This document shows positions 1-13,239 of a DNA stretch of 64,000 nucleotides, piece by piece (position 1 is the first letter of the stretch; each line of letters opens with the position of its first letter). Source of the DNA: Acidimicrobiia bacterium. Lineage in GTDB: Bacteria; Actinomycetota; Acidimicrobiia; Spongiisociales; UBA5794. Location of the stretch: NCBI GenBank assembly GCA_036396535.1, contig DASWKR010000058.1, forward strand, positions 5,411 through 69,410, read 5' to 3'. A model generated the notes under the pieces. That model did not search any database. It worked only from the letters and a program-made list of their open reading frames with translations, and was not told where the DNA came from. The position numbers were made by a program, and so were the translations under genes.

Positions 1-239
1 CGAACCGGAACGAAGCCGGCCCCGAGGCGGTCGGCGGCCGGAGCCCCGAAGATGAACCCCCGGGCTTCGATCCCGACGACCTTGGTGACGCCGGTGTCGT
101 GGAAAGGGCCCGTCAGCTCGTCGAGCGCCGCCTCCAGGCCCTCGGGATCGGCGAGGAGTGGCGTGATGTCCTTGAAGACGATGCCTGCCTCCGGAAAGTC
201 GGCGACGTCACGGATGAGGGACGCGAAGTCGAAACCCAT
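1..239 (-). CDS. apt: adenine phosphoribosyltransferase, N-terminal part (gene runs off window start)
   Basis: Minus-strand translation from ATG at 239..237 reads [79 protein letters not shown]. This matches the APRT N-terminal consensus (DITPLL, VVGxEARGFxFG). It is absent from the ORF track because no stop lies inside the window. Its position after secF fits known secDF-apt synteny. Confidence 0.7.
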   Translation of the reverse strand, partial: MGFDFASLIRDVADFPEAGIVFKDITPLLADPEGLEAALDELTGPFHDTGVTKVVGIEARGFIFGAPAADRLGAGFVPV

Positions 240-335
240 GTCGCGACGAGCTTAGAGAGCCAATGGTGCAGGGCATACGTTCTCGTAGGCCCTTCCCGCG
301 ACGAAGCCGACGACTTGCGGGTCGCCGGCGGCTGC

Positions 336-1409
336 TCAACGGCGCTTCTTGCGCTGCCGGGGCGGCCGCGGGACGGCGCCGGACGCCGCCGGCGACCGCG
401 GCTCGACGGCGACGTCCTGGCGTGCCGGGGATGCGACTGCGGCCTGCTCCAACAGCTCGGGTACCCGCCGCTCGGCACGGCGCTCCATGCGCCGCCACTG
501 AGGCTCCCGCTCCTTCCAGAGCGTGAGCAGGGGCGTCGCGATGAAGATCGACGAGTAGGTCCCGGCGGCGACCCCGACGAACAGGGCGAGGGCGAACTCC
601 CGCAGGGTGTCGGCACCGAGAGCGTATGAGCCGACGAAGAGCAGGCTTCCGATCGGGAGGAGCGTCGTGAGCGACGTGTTGATCGAGCGCATCAGGACCT
701 GGTTCATCGAGAGGTTGGCGATCTCGCCGTACGTCTGCTTGTTGGCGAGCTCGCGAGCGTTCTCGATGATCTTGTCGAACACGACGACCGTGTCGTAGAG
801 GCTGTATCCGAGGATCGTGAGCACGGCGATGACGGTCGACGGCGTCACCTCGAAGCCGACGACCGAGTAGAAGCCCGCCGTGATCAACAGGTCGTGGAAG
901 AGAGCCGCCATCGCCGCCATGGCCATCTTCCACTCGAACCGCCAGGTGATGAACAGGGCGACGACGCCGAGGAAGATGACGAGCGCCTCGACGGCTCTTC
1001 TGGTGATCTCGGCGCCGAACGTCGGACCGACGGCATCGACGTTGGTGTCGTCCACGGACGCCCCGGCGATCGCCGCCACTGCGGAGACGAGCTCGTCTTG
1101 GTGCTGAACCGAGAGCGCCCGTGTCTGCACCAGGATGAGGTCGTCGTTGTCGCCGACGAGCTGAACTCGCGCACCGCCCTCGCCGATCGCCGAGAGGGCG
1201 CTGCGCACTTCGCCGATCGTGACCCCGGCCTCGTTCGGCGCCTCGACGATCGTGCCGCCTGTGAAGTCGACGGACCCGTCGAGCTTTCGGGTGGCCAGCG
1301 AGATGATCGAGATGGCGATGAGGACGCCCGAGATGACGAAGAACGTCCGCCGCCTGCCCACGAAGTCATAGCCGGTCTCTCCCCTGTATAGGGTGCCGAG
1401 GACGCTCAC
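336..1409 (-). CDS. secF: protein translocase subunit SecF
   Basis: The C-terminal about 355 aa of ORF 336..1607 are SecF-like, with many TM segments and SecD/SecF-family motifs such as GYSLYDTVVVFDKIIEN. The ORF's upstream 66 aa are Arg-rich and overlap secD in another frame. The likely start is GTG at 1409..1407, forming a GTGA overlap with the secD stop (1406-1408). Confidence 0.85.
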   Translation of the reverse strand: MSVLGTLYRGETGYDFVGRRRTFFVISGVLIAISIISLATRKLDGSVDFTGGTIVEAPNEAGVTIGEVRSALSAIGEGGARVQLVGDNDDLILVQTRALSVQHQDELVSAVAAIAGASVDDTNVDAVGPTFGAEITRRAVEALVIFLGVVALFITWRFEWKMAMAAMAALFHDLLITAGFYSVVGFEVTPSTVIAVLTILGYSLYDTVVVFDKIIENARELANKQTYGEIANLSMNQVLMRSINTSLTTLLPIGSLLFVGSYALGADTLREFALALFVGVAAGTYSSIFIATPLLTLWKEREPQWRRMERRAERRVPELLEQAAVASPARQDVAVEPRSPAASGAVPRPPRQRKKRR

Positions 1410-3127
1410 GCGGTGGCCTCGGTCACCGAGTGGCGGTCTCTGCCCATGGCGCCACGCATCGAGATGGCCCCGCCCTCGCCGAACCCCGTCCGCACGAGCA
1501 GCGTGACGGCGGGCCTGGTGTAGAAGTAGGCGACGAGCACGTCGACGACGGTGGCCACGCCGAGCGTGACCGCGAAGCCCTTGACGGGGCCGATGGCGAG
1601 CAGCCACAAGAGGATCGAACCGGCGAACGTCACCGTGTCCGCCGTGATGATCGTGTGGAAGGCGCGCTTGAACCCCGTGTCGACGGATGGCCGCAACGCC
1701 TTGCCGCGCCTGTGCTCCTCCTTGATCCTCTCGAAGAAGACGATGTACGAGTCGCTCGTGATCCCGACGGACACGATCACGCCGGTGACCCCGGCGAGCG
1801 TCAGCGTCGTCCCCTGGTACCGGCTGAGCAGGGTGATCATCAGCAGCAGCAGCGAGCCGAAGACAGCCAGGCCGACGACGGCGACGAGCCCGAGCACCCG
1901 GTAGTAGAGGACGAGGGCGAGTGCGACCAGGGCGAGGCCGCCGATCCCGGCGATGAGGCCGGCACGCAGCGAGTCGTCGCCGAGGGTCGCCGAGACCGAC
2001 TCGACCCGCTCCCTCTCGAACACCGTCGGCAGAGCGCCATAGCGCAGGATCGTCGCCAGGTCCTCGGCCTCCGCCTGGGCGTTCTCCGACGAGCCGATCG
2101 TGATGAACACCTCGTCGGGTTCGAGCCCTTCACCGGCCGCCACGTCGTCGGCGACCTGGGGTGCGGAGTTGACCACTCCGTCCACGACGATCGCCATGGA
2201 TCGCCTCGGGTCCGCCGTCGAGTAGGTGGACAGCAGGGCAGTGGCGTCGCGGAACTTGTCGCCGCCGGGGCCTGTGAACGTCGGATCGACCACCCAACCG
2301 CTGCCGCCGCCGAGGCTGCCGCCGATGAAGCCGGCGTCGGCCCCGGTGATGTCGGCGCCCGTCAGGAAGGCGGGCCCCACCTTGTAGATGAACCCGTCCT
2401 CGGCTGCGAGGTAGGCAGCTTCGAGGTCGGGCGAGTCCTCGATCGTGATCCCCGTATCCGGGTCGATGTTCTCGGGCGGAGGCGCCGGCACCGTCGTCGT
2501 CGTCGTGGAATCGCCCGGTGCCGCCGTCGTCGTCGTGGCCCCTGTCGTCGTCGTCGTGGCCCCTGTCGTCGTCGTCGTGACCCCTGTGGTCGTCGTCGTG
2601 ACCCCTGTGGTCGTCGTCGAATCGTCGGGGGCGCCGGTCGTGGTCGCACCGTCAACGGTCGTGGTCGTCGATCCCGACACCTCGTCCGGTGTCCCCGTCG
2701 TGGTCGTGGTGTCGTCCGGCTGGAGCTCCTCCGGCGGCTCGAGCGTCCCGTCGGTGAACGCCGGCGAGATGAAGTTGCGGTCGATGACGGGACGGAACGA
2801 CAGGATCCCCGTCGTCCCGACAGCCTCGAGCGCCCGCTGACGGTCCTGGACACCCGGCAGCTGGACGAGGATCCGGTCGGAGCCCTGCACAGAGATCTCG
2901 GGCTCCTGGACGCTGCCCAGGTTCTCGATGCGGCGCCGCATGATCTCGACCGCCACCTCGAGCACCTCGGCGTCTGCTCCCTCCGGAGCCTTCAATGTGA
3001 CGGCGAAGCCGCCCTGGAGGTCGAGTCCGAGCTTCGGGGTCCAGCCGACCGCCAGAGACGATCCGAGTGATCCGAATGCGATCGCCATCGTCACGAGGAG
3101 CATGACGAGCATCCGACCGCGGCTCAT
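1406..3127 (-). CDS. secD: protein translocase subunit SecD
   Basis: The 573 aa product has an N-terminal TM, a large periplasmic domain and a C-terminal 6-TM SecD/SecF region. Its ATG at 3127 overlaps the yajC stop (ATGA). It carries an unusual Thr-rich tandem-repeat insertion. Confidence 0.9.
   Translation of the reverse strand: MSRGRMLVMLLVTMAIAFGSLGSSLAVGWTPKLGLDLQGGFAVTLKAPEGADAEVLEVAVEIMRRRIENLGSVQEPEISVQGSDRILVQLPGVQDRQRALEAVGTTGILSFRPVIDRNFISPAFTDGTLEPPEELQPDDTTTTTGTPDEVSGSTTTTVDGATTTGAPDDSTTTTGVTTTTTGVTTTTTGATTTTTGATTTTAAPGDSTTTTTVPAPPPENIDPDTGITIEDSPDLEAAYLAAEDGFIYKVGPAFLTGADITGADAGFIGGSLGGGSGWVVDPTFTGPGGDKFRDATALLSTYSTADPRRSMAIVVDGVVNSAPQVADDVAAGEGLEPDEVFITIGSSENAQAEAEDLATILRYGALPTVFERERVESVSATLGDDSLRAGLIAGIGGLALVALALVLYYRVLGLVAVVGLAVFGSLLLLMITLLSRYQGTTLTLAGVTGVIVSVGITSDSYIVFFERIKEEHRRGKALRPSVDTGFKRAFHTIITADTVTFAGSILLWLLAIGPVKGFAVTLGVATVVDVLVAYFYTRPAVTLLVRTGFGEGGAISMRGAMGRDRHSVTEATA
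2480..2720. repeat. in-frame tandem repeat (about 24-bp unit, at least 4 copies) encoding a TTTTTG(V/A)T Thr-rich linker inside secD
   Basis: DNA at about 2530-2625 repeats gtcgtcgtcgtcgtg(a/g)cccctgt. The protein reads GVTTTTTGVTTTTTGATTTTTGATTTT, flanked by further TTTT runs. Confidence 0.6.
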
Positions 3128-3444
3128 GCATCCCCCGACGTGAGCCGCTCGGCGATCGCCCGCTTGGCGACCCGCAGAGTGGTACCACCCCCGACGTCGA
3201 GGTGCACCTCGTCTGCGTCGAGCTGGCGCACCGTTCCGAAGATGCCGCCGATCGTCCTCACGTCGTCACCGACGGCGATCGAGGTGCGCATCGTCTCGGC
3301 GGCCTTCATGCGCCTGCGCTGCGGTGCGATGAAGAAGAGATACATGAAGACCCCGAGCACGAGGAAGGTCACGAGCAGGCTCGCCGGGGAGCCGCCGGTG
3401 GACTCCTGCGCAAGTAGCAGGTCCTGTGGGGCGATCGGGAACAC
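3124..3444 (-). CDS. yajC: preprotein translocase subunit YajC
   Basis: The C-terminal 106 aa of ORF 3124..3825 (VFPIAPQDLLLAQESTGG...SLLVTFLVLGVFMYLFFIAPQRRRMKAAETM...VRTIGGIFGTV) match YajC. A GTG at 3444 is preceded by TGGAGGATCC, a Shine-Dalgarno-like sequence. The longer N-terminal extension in the track is Arg/His-rich junk. Confidence 0.8.
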   Translation of the reverse strand: MFPIAPQDLLLAQESTGGSPASLLVTFLVLGVFMYLFFIAPQRRRMKAAETMRTSIAVGDDVRTIGGIFGTVRQLDADEVHLDVGGGTTLRVAKRAIAERLTSGDA

Positions 3445-3491
3445 GGATCCTCCAGTGGGACGCGTCACCGCGGGTCGGTGATGGGGCGAGA

Positions 3492-5656
<2,165 letters not shown>

Positions 5657-5710
5657 CGGGCGACAGTACCGAGCGCACCGGCGGAACCGTCCGTGTCACC
5701 GCGCCACCGG

Positions 5711-6739
5711 TCAGATCAGAGACGTCTGCCCCCCGCCCGGCTCGGGCGGGAGCAGGCCGAGATGGTCGTAGGCCCTGCGTGTGGCGATGCGGCCGCGCGG
5801 GGTCCGCTGCAGGAGGCCCTCTTGGAGGAGGTACGGCTCGTAGGCGTCCTCCACGGTCTCGGGCTCCTCGGCAACGGCGATCGCCAAGGTCGAGAGGCCG
5901 ACCGGCCCCCCTCCGAACTTCTCCACCACGGCGCTGAGGATCGCCCGGTCGACCTTGTCGAGCCCGAGGTCGTCCACCTCGAACACCGTGAGCGCCTCAA
6001 CGGCGGTCGCCTCGTCGACGATGTTGTCCGCCCTGACCGCGGCGAAGTCTCTGACGCGCCTCAGCAAGCGATTGGCGATCCGGGGCGTGCCCCTGCTCCT
6101 CGAGGCGATCGCCTCGGCTCCTCCGTCTCCCACCTCGACCTCGAGTATCACGGCGGAGCGTTCGACGATCGCCCGTAGGTCTTGCGACGAGTAGTAGTCG
6201 ATGCGAGCGACGTATCCGAAGCGATCGCGCAACGGAGGAGCGACCCGCCCCACCCGCGTCGTCGCCCCGATCAGCGTGAAGGAGGGGAGCTCGAGCCGGA
6301 TCGACCTGGCGGCCGGTCCCTTGCCGACGACGATGTCGAGCCTGCGATCTTCCATCGCCGGGTAGAGCACCTCTTCGACCTGACGCGGCAGCCGATGGAT
6401 CTCGTCGATGAAGAGCACGTCGGATGCGTCGAGGTTCGTGAGCACGGCGGCCAGGTCGCCCGGCCTCTCCAGCGCCGGGCCGGAGGTGGTCTGCATCCTG
6501 GCGTCCATCTCGGCGGCGACGATCCCGGCGAGCGATGTCTTCCCGAGGCCCGGGGGACCGCTGAAGAGGATGTGGTCGACGGGCTCGCCGCGATGGCGGG
6601 CGGCGTCCACCAGGATGGCCAGACGCTCCTTGAGGTCGTCTTGGCCGATGAACTCGTCCATCCGCTTCGGTCGGAGGCCGACTTCGAGCTGGATCTCCTC
6701 GGGAAGCGGCGATCGGGTGAGCATCCCCTCTTCCCTCAT
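5711..6739 (-). CDS. ruvB: Holliday junction branch migration helicase RuvB
   Basis: RuvB family match: [12 protein letters not shown], Walker [10 protein letters not shown] and [11 protein letters not shown] 6739 overlaps the ruvA stop (ATGA). An alternative ATG at 6724 is preceded by GGGAAGAGGGG. Confidence 0.9.
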   Translation of the reverse strand: MREEGMLTRSPLPEEIQLEVGLRPKRMDEFIGQDDLKERLAILVDAARHRGEPVDHILFSGPPGLGKTSLAGIVAAEMDARMQTTSGPALERPGDLAAVLTNLDASDVLFIDEIHRLPRQVEEVLYPAMEDRRLDIVVGKGPAARSIRLELPSFTLIGATTRVGRVAPPLRDRFGYVARIDYYSSQDLRAIVERSAVILEVEVGDGGAEAIASRSRGTPRIANRLLRRVRDFAAVRADNIVDEATAVEALTVFEVDDLGLDKVDRAILSAVVEKFGGGPVGLSTLAIAVAEEPETVEDAYEPYLLQEGLLQRTPRGRIATRRAYDHLGLLPPEPGGGQTSLI

Positions 6740-7320
6740 CGACCTCTCGCTTTCCGGCCGAGCTCACGCAGCGACTCCCTGAGCAGGTCCTCCACCTCGC
6801 CTTCCTGCGGGAGCCCGGCGAGCGCTTCGCGGATCTCGGCAGCCTGGTAGCCGAGGCCTTCGAGGGCGAGCCTGACCTCGGCCGCCGGGCTGCCGCTGTG
6901 GAGCAGCTCACCATCCGGGAGCTCGAGCCTGGGCCGCAACTCGAGGAGCAGCTTCTGAGCGCTCCGTTTGCCGATCCCCGGCACGGCGGTGAGGGCGTCT
7001 GCGTCCTCGGACACGACGGCGCGCCGCAGCTCGTCCGGCGACATCGTCGAGAGGATGGCGAGGGCCACCTTCGGTCCGACACCGGCAACCCCGAGGAGGA
7101 GCCGGAACAGCTCGCGCTGATCCTCCGAGGCGAACCCGTACAACGCCAGCGCGTCTTCGCGTACGTATGTGTGGGTGTGGAGCACTGCCTCGTCGCCGAT
7201 GCCGGGGAGCGCCGCGAGGTCGCGCGCCGACACCGCGATCTCGTACCCGACACCGCTCACTTCGAGCACGACTCGATCGATCGACTTGACGACGAGCGTT
7301 CCGCGCAGCCGGCCGATCAC
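6736..7320 (-). CDS. ruvA: Holliday junction DNA helicase RuvA
   Basis: The product matches RuvA from VIGRLRGTL onward, including the HhH motifs GVGPKVA and [12 protein letters not shown] 7320 abuts the ruvC stop (7317-7319). The 16-aa upstream extension in the ORF track would overlap ruvC. Confidence 0.85.
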   Translation of the reverse strand: MIGRLRGTLVVKSIDRVVLEVSGVGYEIAVSARDLAALPGIGDEAVLHTHTYVREDALALYGFASEDQRELFRLLLGVAGVGPKVALAILSTMSPDELRRAVVSEDADALTAVPGIGKRSAQKLLLELRPRLELPDGELLHSGSPAAEVRLALEGLGYQAAEIREALAGLPQEGEVEDLLRESLRELGRKARGR

Positions 7321-7814
7321 CCGATCTCCCCCGCCAAGGCCCTCATCCGGTGCGACTGCAGATGGCACAGGGCGATCGCGAGCGCGTCTGCTGCGTCCGG
7401 CGGCTCGGGAAGCCCCTCCATGCTGAACCTCATGGCCACCACCCTCTGCACCTGCTGCTTGACGGCGTCACCGTACCCAGTGAGCGCCATCTTGACCGCC
7501 GACGGGGTGTACTCGAAGACTTCGACGCCGGCCTGGGCCGCCGCCAGCAAGGCGACTCCGGAGGCCCGCGCCACGGATGTCGCCGTCTGCAGGTTGCGGT
7601 TCACGAAGACCTGCTCGATGGCGACGGCGTCAGGGCCGTGCTCCCCGATGACCGCCACCAAGTCTCGATGCAGCTCGTCGAGCCTCGTGGCGACGGGATC
7701 GCTCGGCGACGTGCGGATCACTCCGGCAGCGATCGCCTGCGGGCCGGCCCGACCGTCGCAAACGACGCCGTAACCCGTGACGGACAAGCCGGGGTCGATT
7801 CCGAGTACGAACAT
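7317..7814 (-). CDS. ruvC: crossover junction endodeoxyribonuclease RuvC
   Basis: The 165 aa product starts MFVLGIDPGLSVTGYGVV, the canonical RuvC N-terminus. Confidence 0.9.
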   Translation of the reverse strand: MFVLGIDPGLSVTGYGVVCDGRAGPQAIAAGVIRTSPSDPVATRLDELHRDLVAVIGEHGPDAVAIEQVFVNRNLQTATSVARASGVALLAAAQAGVEVFEYTPSAVKMALTGYGDAVKQQVQRVVAMRFSMEGLPEPPDAADALAIALCHLQSHRMRALAGEIG

Positions 7815-7898
7815 GTGTTTGGGGAGGGTAGCCCAACTCGGGGCTGCGACCGCGGATCGGGAGGTTCCGTCGAGCGTGGCAGCGGACCAGGCTCGGCG

Positions 7899-9923
7899 TC
7901 AGGGAACGCGCTCGTACTCCGGTTCGGACGCCTCGTCCTCCACCTCGACCTGCCCCAGACCTGCGAGCGTCTCGATCGTCTCGTAGAGCTTCTCGGGGCG
8001 GAACGGCTTGGCGAGATACTCGTCCATGCCCGCGTTGAGGCACCGTGCCCTGTCGCTGTCCATGGCGTGGGCGGTCAGGGCAACGATCGGTGTGTGGATG
8101 CCATGGACCGCCTCGTGCGAGCGGATGTGCCCGGTCGCCTGCAGGCCGTCCATCACGGGCATCTGGACGTCCATGAGGATCACGTCGTACCGGGCCTCCT
8201 GCGCCGCCGTCACGGCGTCCCTGCCGTTCTCGACGCCGACTGCGGTGTGCCCCCTGCGCTCGAGGAGGCGCAGCGCAACCTGGCGATTCGTCGGGTTGTC
8301 GTCGGCAACGAGGACGTGCAGCGCCCTGCGGCGCTCCCTCAGCCAGTGCCGGGTGATCACCGTGTCCTGCTGGGCGGCGCTCGACTCCGGGGCCAGGACG
8401 GTCCTCATGACGTCATGGAGGTCGGCGGCCGTGTAAGGCTCGGTCAGATAGCCGGCGACGCCGATCCTCCTGCATTGCGCGGCGTCGCCTCGCTGGCCGG
8501 AGCGTACGACGAGGATCACTGGGATCTCGTTGCCGGTCTCCTCGATGAGCCGCTCGGCGATGGCGAACCGGTCGACGTCATCTGCGATGACCATCGCTTG
8601 CGGCTTGGCGCCACGCTCCTGTGCGAACGTGACGGTGGCGGCCGCCAGCCCTGCGTCGGCCATGGTGATCGGGGCGAGGTCGACCTGCTGCAGCAGCTCG
8701 GAGAGGCGCTGTCGGTCCTGGGTGGTCGCCGCGATGACGAGCACGGGACGCGGCGACACGTCGTCCACGGTCGCCTGGAGCTCAGGCTCGTCGGCCAGCA
8801 CCCCGAGGGTGGCGGTGAAGTGGAACGTGCTGCCCTCGCCGATCTCGCTGCTCACCCACATCCTGCCATCCATGAGCGCCACGATCTCCGAGGCGATGGC
8901 GAGTCCGAGCCCCGTCCCGCCGTGCCTCCTCGTCGACGTCCCGTCCGCCTGTGTGAACTTGCTGAAGATCACGGCCTGCTGATCAGGCGGGATACCGATC
9001 CCCGTATCGGCCACCGCGAATCGGAGCACGACGGAGTCGTCGCCCACCGACTCCGGCGAGATGCTGATCCTGATGGTGCCCTGCGACGTGAACTTGACGG
9101 CGTTCCCCACGAGGTTCGTGAGAACCTGGCGGAGCCGGCCGGGATCCCCGACCAGCGTCTCCGGAATCGAGAGCGGCACCTCGTGGCTGATGTCGACGCC
9201 CTTCTCGGACGCGCTGCTCGTGAAGGACCGCACCACGTCGCTGACGAGGTCGCGCACGCTGAACGCCGCCTCGTCGAGCTCCATCCTCCCGGCCTCGATC
9301 TTCGACAGGTCGAGGATGTCGTTCACCAAGGTGAGGAGTGCCTGGGCGGAGATCTCGATGATCTCCAGGTACTCGCGCTGCTCGACGTCGAGGTCGGTTC
9401 CGAGTGCCAGCTCGGTCATGCCGATGATGGCGCTCATCGGGGTGCGGATCTCGTGGCTCATGTTCGCCAGGAAGAGCGATTTGGCGACCGTCGCCGACTC
9501 GGCAGTCCTGTTCGAGGCGACCAGCTCGTCGACGACCCTGGCCCGACCGACGGCATACCGAACCGCTCGATGGAGGGTCTCGACGTCGAAGTGTCCCGTC
9601 GTCAGGTAATCGACGGCGCCGGCGGCCATGGCCGCCTCCTCGGCGCCGTCTTCGTGGTCCGTCAGCAGGATGATCGGCGTCGCAGTGCCGGCGGCAGTGG
9701 CCTCGTGAACCAACTCGATGCCCGATCGGGTCCCCAGCCCGGAGGCGACGAGCGCCACGTCGTGGTCGCGGTGGAGCAGCTCCTCGAGCGCTTCGTCGTA
9801 GGTGGCGACCCAGGTGATCTCGTATTCAGGCTTCTCGCGGCTCTTCAGCAGCCCGGCTGTGTTCTCGTAGTCGTCTCTGTCGTTCTCGACGAGCAACACA
9901 CGCAGCGTCGCCGCGGCCACCAT
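7899..9923 (-). CDS. hybrid sensor histidine kinase/response regulator (REC-HisKA-HATPase-pseudoREC-REC)
   Basis: Domains: an N-terminal receiver ([10 protein letters not shown]...DVALVA), an H-box ([20 protein letters not shown]), HATPase ([35 protein letters not shown]), a degenerate receiver-like segment and a C-terminal canonical REC ([12 protein letters not shown]...[12 protein letters not shown]...KPF). There are no TM segments, so it is cytoplasmic. The likely start is ATG at 9923, with GGGAG 6 nt upstream, rather than the track start at 9983. Confidence 0.8.
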   Translation of the reverse strand: MVAAATLRVLLVENDRDDYENTAGLLKSREKPEYEITWVATYDEALEELLHRDHDVALVASGLGTRSGIELVHEATAAGTATPIILLTDHEDGAEEAAMAAGAVDYLTTGHFDVETLHRAVRYAVGRARVVDELVASNRTAESATVAKSLFLANMSHEIRTPMSAIIGMTELALGTDLDVEQREYLEIIEISAQALLTLVNDILDLSKIEAGRMELDEAAFSVRDLVSDVVRSFTSSASEKGVDISHEVPLSIPETLVGDPGRLRQVLTNLVGNAVKFTSQGTIRISISPESVGDDSVVLRFAVADTGIGIPPDQQAVIFSKFTQADGTSTRRHGGTGLGLAIASEIVALMDGRMWVSSEIGEGSTFHFTATLGVLADEPELQATVDDVSPRPVLVIAATTQDRQRLSELLQQVDLAPITMADAGLAAATVTFAQERGAKPQAMVIADDVDRFAIAERLIEETGNEIPVILVVRSGQRGDAAQCRRIGVAGYLTEPYTAADLHDVMRTVLAPESSAAQQDTVITRHWLRERRRALHVLVADDNPTNRQVALRLLERRGHTAVGVENGRDAVTAAQEARYDVILMDVQMPVMDGLQATGHIRSHEAVHGIHTPIVALTAHAMDSDRARCLNAGMDEYLAKPFRPEKLYETIETLAGLGQVEVEDEASEPEYERVP

Positions 9924-10111
9924 GAATCTCCCGTTGTTCGAGTCGCCGTGGGCCGAGAATGGCCCGACCCCCAATACATCCACTAGATCGGCCCCAGGCC
10001 CTCGCGTCTTGAGTAGTCATCTTGGAATCGACCGGGGTAGTCACTCCTCGGGTCGCTCCCGCGGCGTGTCGAGCGCCCGTCGCTCCGGTCGAGATGGATC
10101 CGGAGGCCAAC

Positions 10112-10849
10112 TCAGCCTGCTTCGGCCATGACCTCGTCCGGGATGTCGAAGTTGGCGAACACCTCTTGGACGTCTTCGAGGTCCTCGAGGGCATCGACCA
10201 ATCTCAGCACCTTCCTGGCGTTCTCATCGGCGACGGGGACGGTGGTCATCGGCAGTTGCGTCACCTCGGCCTGTTCGACCGAGATGCCGGCGGCATCGAG
10301 GGCTCGCCGAACGGCGGCGACGTCGCCGGCCTCCGAGATGATCTCCCACATGCCGTCGGCGGGCCTGACATCCTCGGCGCCGGCCTCGATGGCGGCGAGC
10401 ATGACGGCGTCCTCGTCACCCTCGGCCAAGACGTAGCCCTTCTGCTCGAAGAGGTAGCTGACGCTGCCCGGCTCGCCGAGGCTGCCGTTGTGCTTGTTGA
10501 AGGCGGCCCGCACGTCGGCGGCTGCCCGATTGCGGTTGTCGGTCAGCACGTGAACGAGCAGCGCCACCCCGCCGGGCGCGTAGCCCTCATAGAAGACCTC
10601 CTCGTAGTCGACCCCATCGATCTCTCCGGCTCCTCGGGCGACCGCCCGGTCGATGGTGTCCTTGGGAACGGAGGCATCCCTCGCCTTCTGGATCGCAGTG
10701 GCGAGGGTGGCGTTGGCGGCAGGATCGGACCCGCCGTTGCGAGCGGCTGCCTCGATCGCCCTGATCAGCTTGGCGAACAGCTTGCCGCGCTTGGAGTCCT
10801 GGCGCCCTTTGCGGTGCTTGATGTTCGCCCATTTCGAGTGACCCGCCAT
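10112..10849 (-). CDS. yebC: YebC/PmpR family DNA-binding transcriptional regulator
   Basis: MAGHSKWANIKHRKGRQDSKRGKLFAKL is the signature YebC N-terminus. ATG at 10849 is chosen; the track starts 2 codons earlier at GTG 10855. Confidence 0.85.
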   Translation of the reverse strand: MAGHSKWANIKHRKGRQDSKRGKLFAKLIRAIEAAARNGGSDPAANATLATAIQKARDASVPKDTIDRAVARGAGEIDGVDYEEVFYEGYAPGGVALLVHVLTDNRNRAAADVRAAFNKHNGSLGEPGSVSYLFEQKGYVLAEGDEDAVMLAAIEAGAEDVRPADGMWEIISEAGDVAAVRRALDAAGISVEQAEVTQLPMTTVPVADENARKVLRLVDALEDLEDVQEVFANFDIPDEVMAEAG

Positions 10850-10851
10850 GG

Positions 10852-11437
10852 TCACGCCCTCGCCATGTCGGCCAACATCTCATGGATCCTGGTCTCGGCC
10901 GTGAGCTCGGGGTGGAAGGAGACGGCGATGACGGTGCCCTGCCGCACGAACACGGGATGGCGCACCTCCGTCCCCGGCTGCGTCACCTCGGCGAGCACGT
11001 CGACGCCCGCACCCACCTTCTCGATCCACGGTGCCCTTATGAACACGGCGTGGACGGGCTCGCCGAAGCCGGCGACATCGAGGTCCGCCTCGAACGAGTC
11101 GACCTGCCTGCCGAAGGCGTTTCTCTCGACGACGACGTCGAGCACGCCGACCTGCGGCTGCTCGTCGCCGGTGGTGGCCGCCCCCAAGAAGATCATGCCT
11201 GCGCAGGTCCCGAGCACGGGTAGGCCGCCTTCGACGGCTTCACGGATCGGGTCGATGAGCCCGTAGATGCTGGCGAGCTTCCCGATGGTCGTGGACTCGC
11301 CTCCCGGGACGATGAGGGCGTCGACCGAGGAGAGCTCTTGCGGGGTGCGCACTTCCCGGCCATCGAGGCCGAGAGACCGGACGACGGCAAGGTGCTCGCG
11401 GAAGTCACCCTGCAGGGCGAGCACCCCGATCGTCGGC

Positions 11438-11448
<11 letters not shown>
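10852..11448 (-). CDS. pdxT: pyridoxal 5'-phosphate synthase glutaminase subunit PdxT
   Basis: The C-terminal about 198 aa of ORF 10852..11577 ([13 protein letters not shown]...[10 protein letters not shown]...HPE) form a class I glutamine amidotransferase of PdxT type. The N-terminal 43 aa in the track are Arg/Pro/Ser junk. The GTG at 11448 overlaps the pdxS 3' end. Confidence 0.8.
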
Positions 11449-12331
<883 letters not shown>

Positions 12332-12406
12332 GTGCGGACTCCTGGGGTCGAGCGGGATGAGACGGAGTCTAGAGCCCAGGCCGGGTGCGCCTGGCGGCGT
12401 GCCGCC

Positions 12407-13183
12407 TCACGACACCCCGTCCGACCAGACCGGCCGGCGCTTCTCCAGGAAGGCGGCGAAGCCTTCCTGGGCGTGTGGCGTCGCCGCCGCGGTCGCCATC
12501 AAAGGTTCTGTGACCTGGTACGCCTCGTCTTCGTCCAGCCCGACCTGCCGATAGAATGCGTGCTTGCCGTCGGCGATGACGGCTCCGCTGTAACGAGTGA
12601 TCGAGTCGACGAGATCGAGCACCGCCTCACGCAACTCGCCGGCCGGGGACACCCGGTTGACGAGCCCCCACGCCATGGCGGTCGGCGCGTCGATCGTGTC
12701 GCCGGTGAGGAGCATCTCCATCGCCCGCTTGCGGCCGATCGCCCGAGTGACCGGCACCATCGGCGTCGTGCAGAACAGGCCGATCTTGACGCCCGGTGTC
12801 CCGAAACGGGCGTCGTCGGCGGCGACGACGAGGTCGCACGACGCCGCCAGCTGGCATCCTGCTGCCGTGGCGACCCCGTGCACCTGTGCTATGACCGGCT
12901 GCGGCGTCCGATGGATGGCCTGCATCGCCCTGGTGCACGCTCGGAACAGCTCGTCGTAGAACTGCGGGGTTCGATCGAGCATCTCTGCCAAGTCGTGGCC
13001 GGCCGAGAACGCCTTTCCTGCGCCCTCGACGACGATGGCCCGCACCCGGCTGTCGGAGGCGAGCGCCGCCAGCGCCGCTTCGATCTCCTCGAGCATTGCC
13101 AGGCTCATGGCGTTGCGGCGCTCCGGCCGGTTGAGGACGACCCGGCCGACCGGGTCCTGGATCTCGACGATCACATGGTCCAT
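12407..13183 (-). CDS. enoyl-CoA hydratase/isomerase family protein
   Basis: The C-terminal 258 aa from MDHVIVEIQDPVGRVVLNRPERRNAMS (ATG 13183, GAGGGG upstream) show the crotonase fold with the oxyanion-hole region GAGKAFSAGHDL. The 165-aa Arg-rich extension in the track was rejected. Confidence 0.8.
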   Translation of the reverse strand: MDHVIVEIQDPVGRVVLNRPERRNAMSLAMLEEIEAALAALASDSRVRAIVVEGAGKAFSAGHDLAEMLDRTPQFYDELFRACTRAMQAIHRTPQPVIAQVHGVATAAGCQLAASCDLVVAADDARFGTPGVKIGLFCTTPMVPVTRAIGRKRAMEMLLTGDTIDAPTAMAWGLVNRVSPAGELREAVLDLVDSITRYSGAVIADGKHAFYRQVGLDEDEAYQVTEPLMATAAATPHAQEGFAAFLEKRRPVWSDGVS

Positions 13184-13239
13184 GAGATGCCCCTCGCGCC
13201 GTGCCGGCCGAGTGTACCGAAAGGAAGGTGCACGCCCGG

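Noticed and set aside
336-1607. ORF-track N-terminal extensions of secF, yajC (to 3825), pdxT (to 11577), ech (to 13678), gltA (from 15673), DMGDH (to 57031) and giant gene A (to 51042)
   Set aside because: The upstream portions are Arg/Pro-rich and overlap the neighbouring gene in another frame. The internal starts that were chosen have Shine-Dalgarno support or stop-start overlap.
7350-9986. 878-aa plus-strand ORF
   Set aside because: It is antisense to the hybrid kinase gene. Its composition is dominated by R, D, G, H, V and L with poly-Arg runs, and it contains no motifs, which is the typical high-GC antisense artefact.
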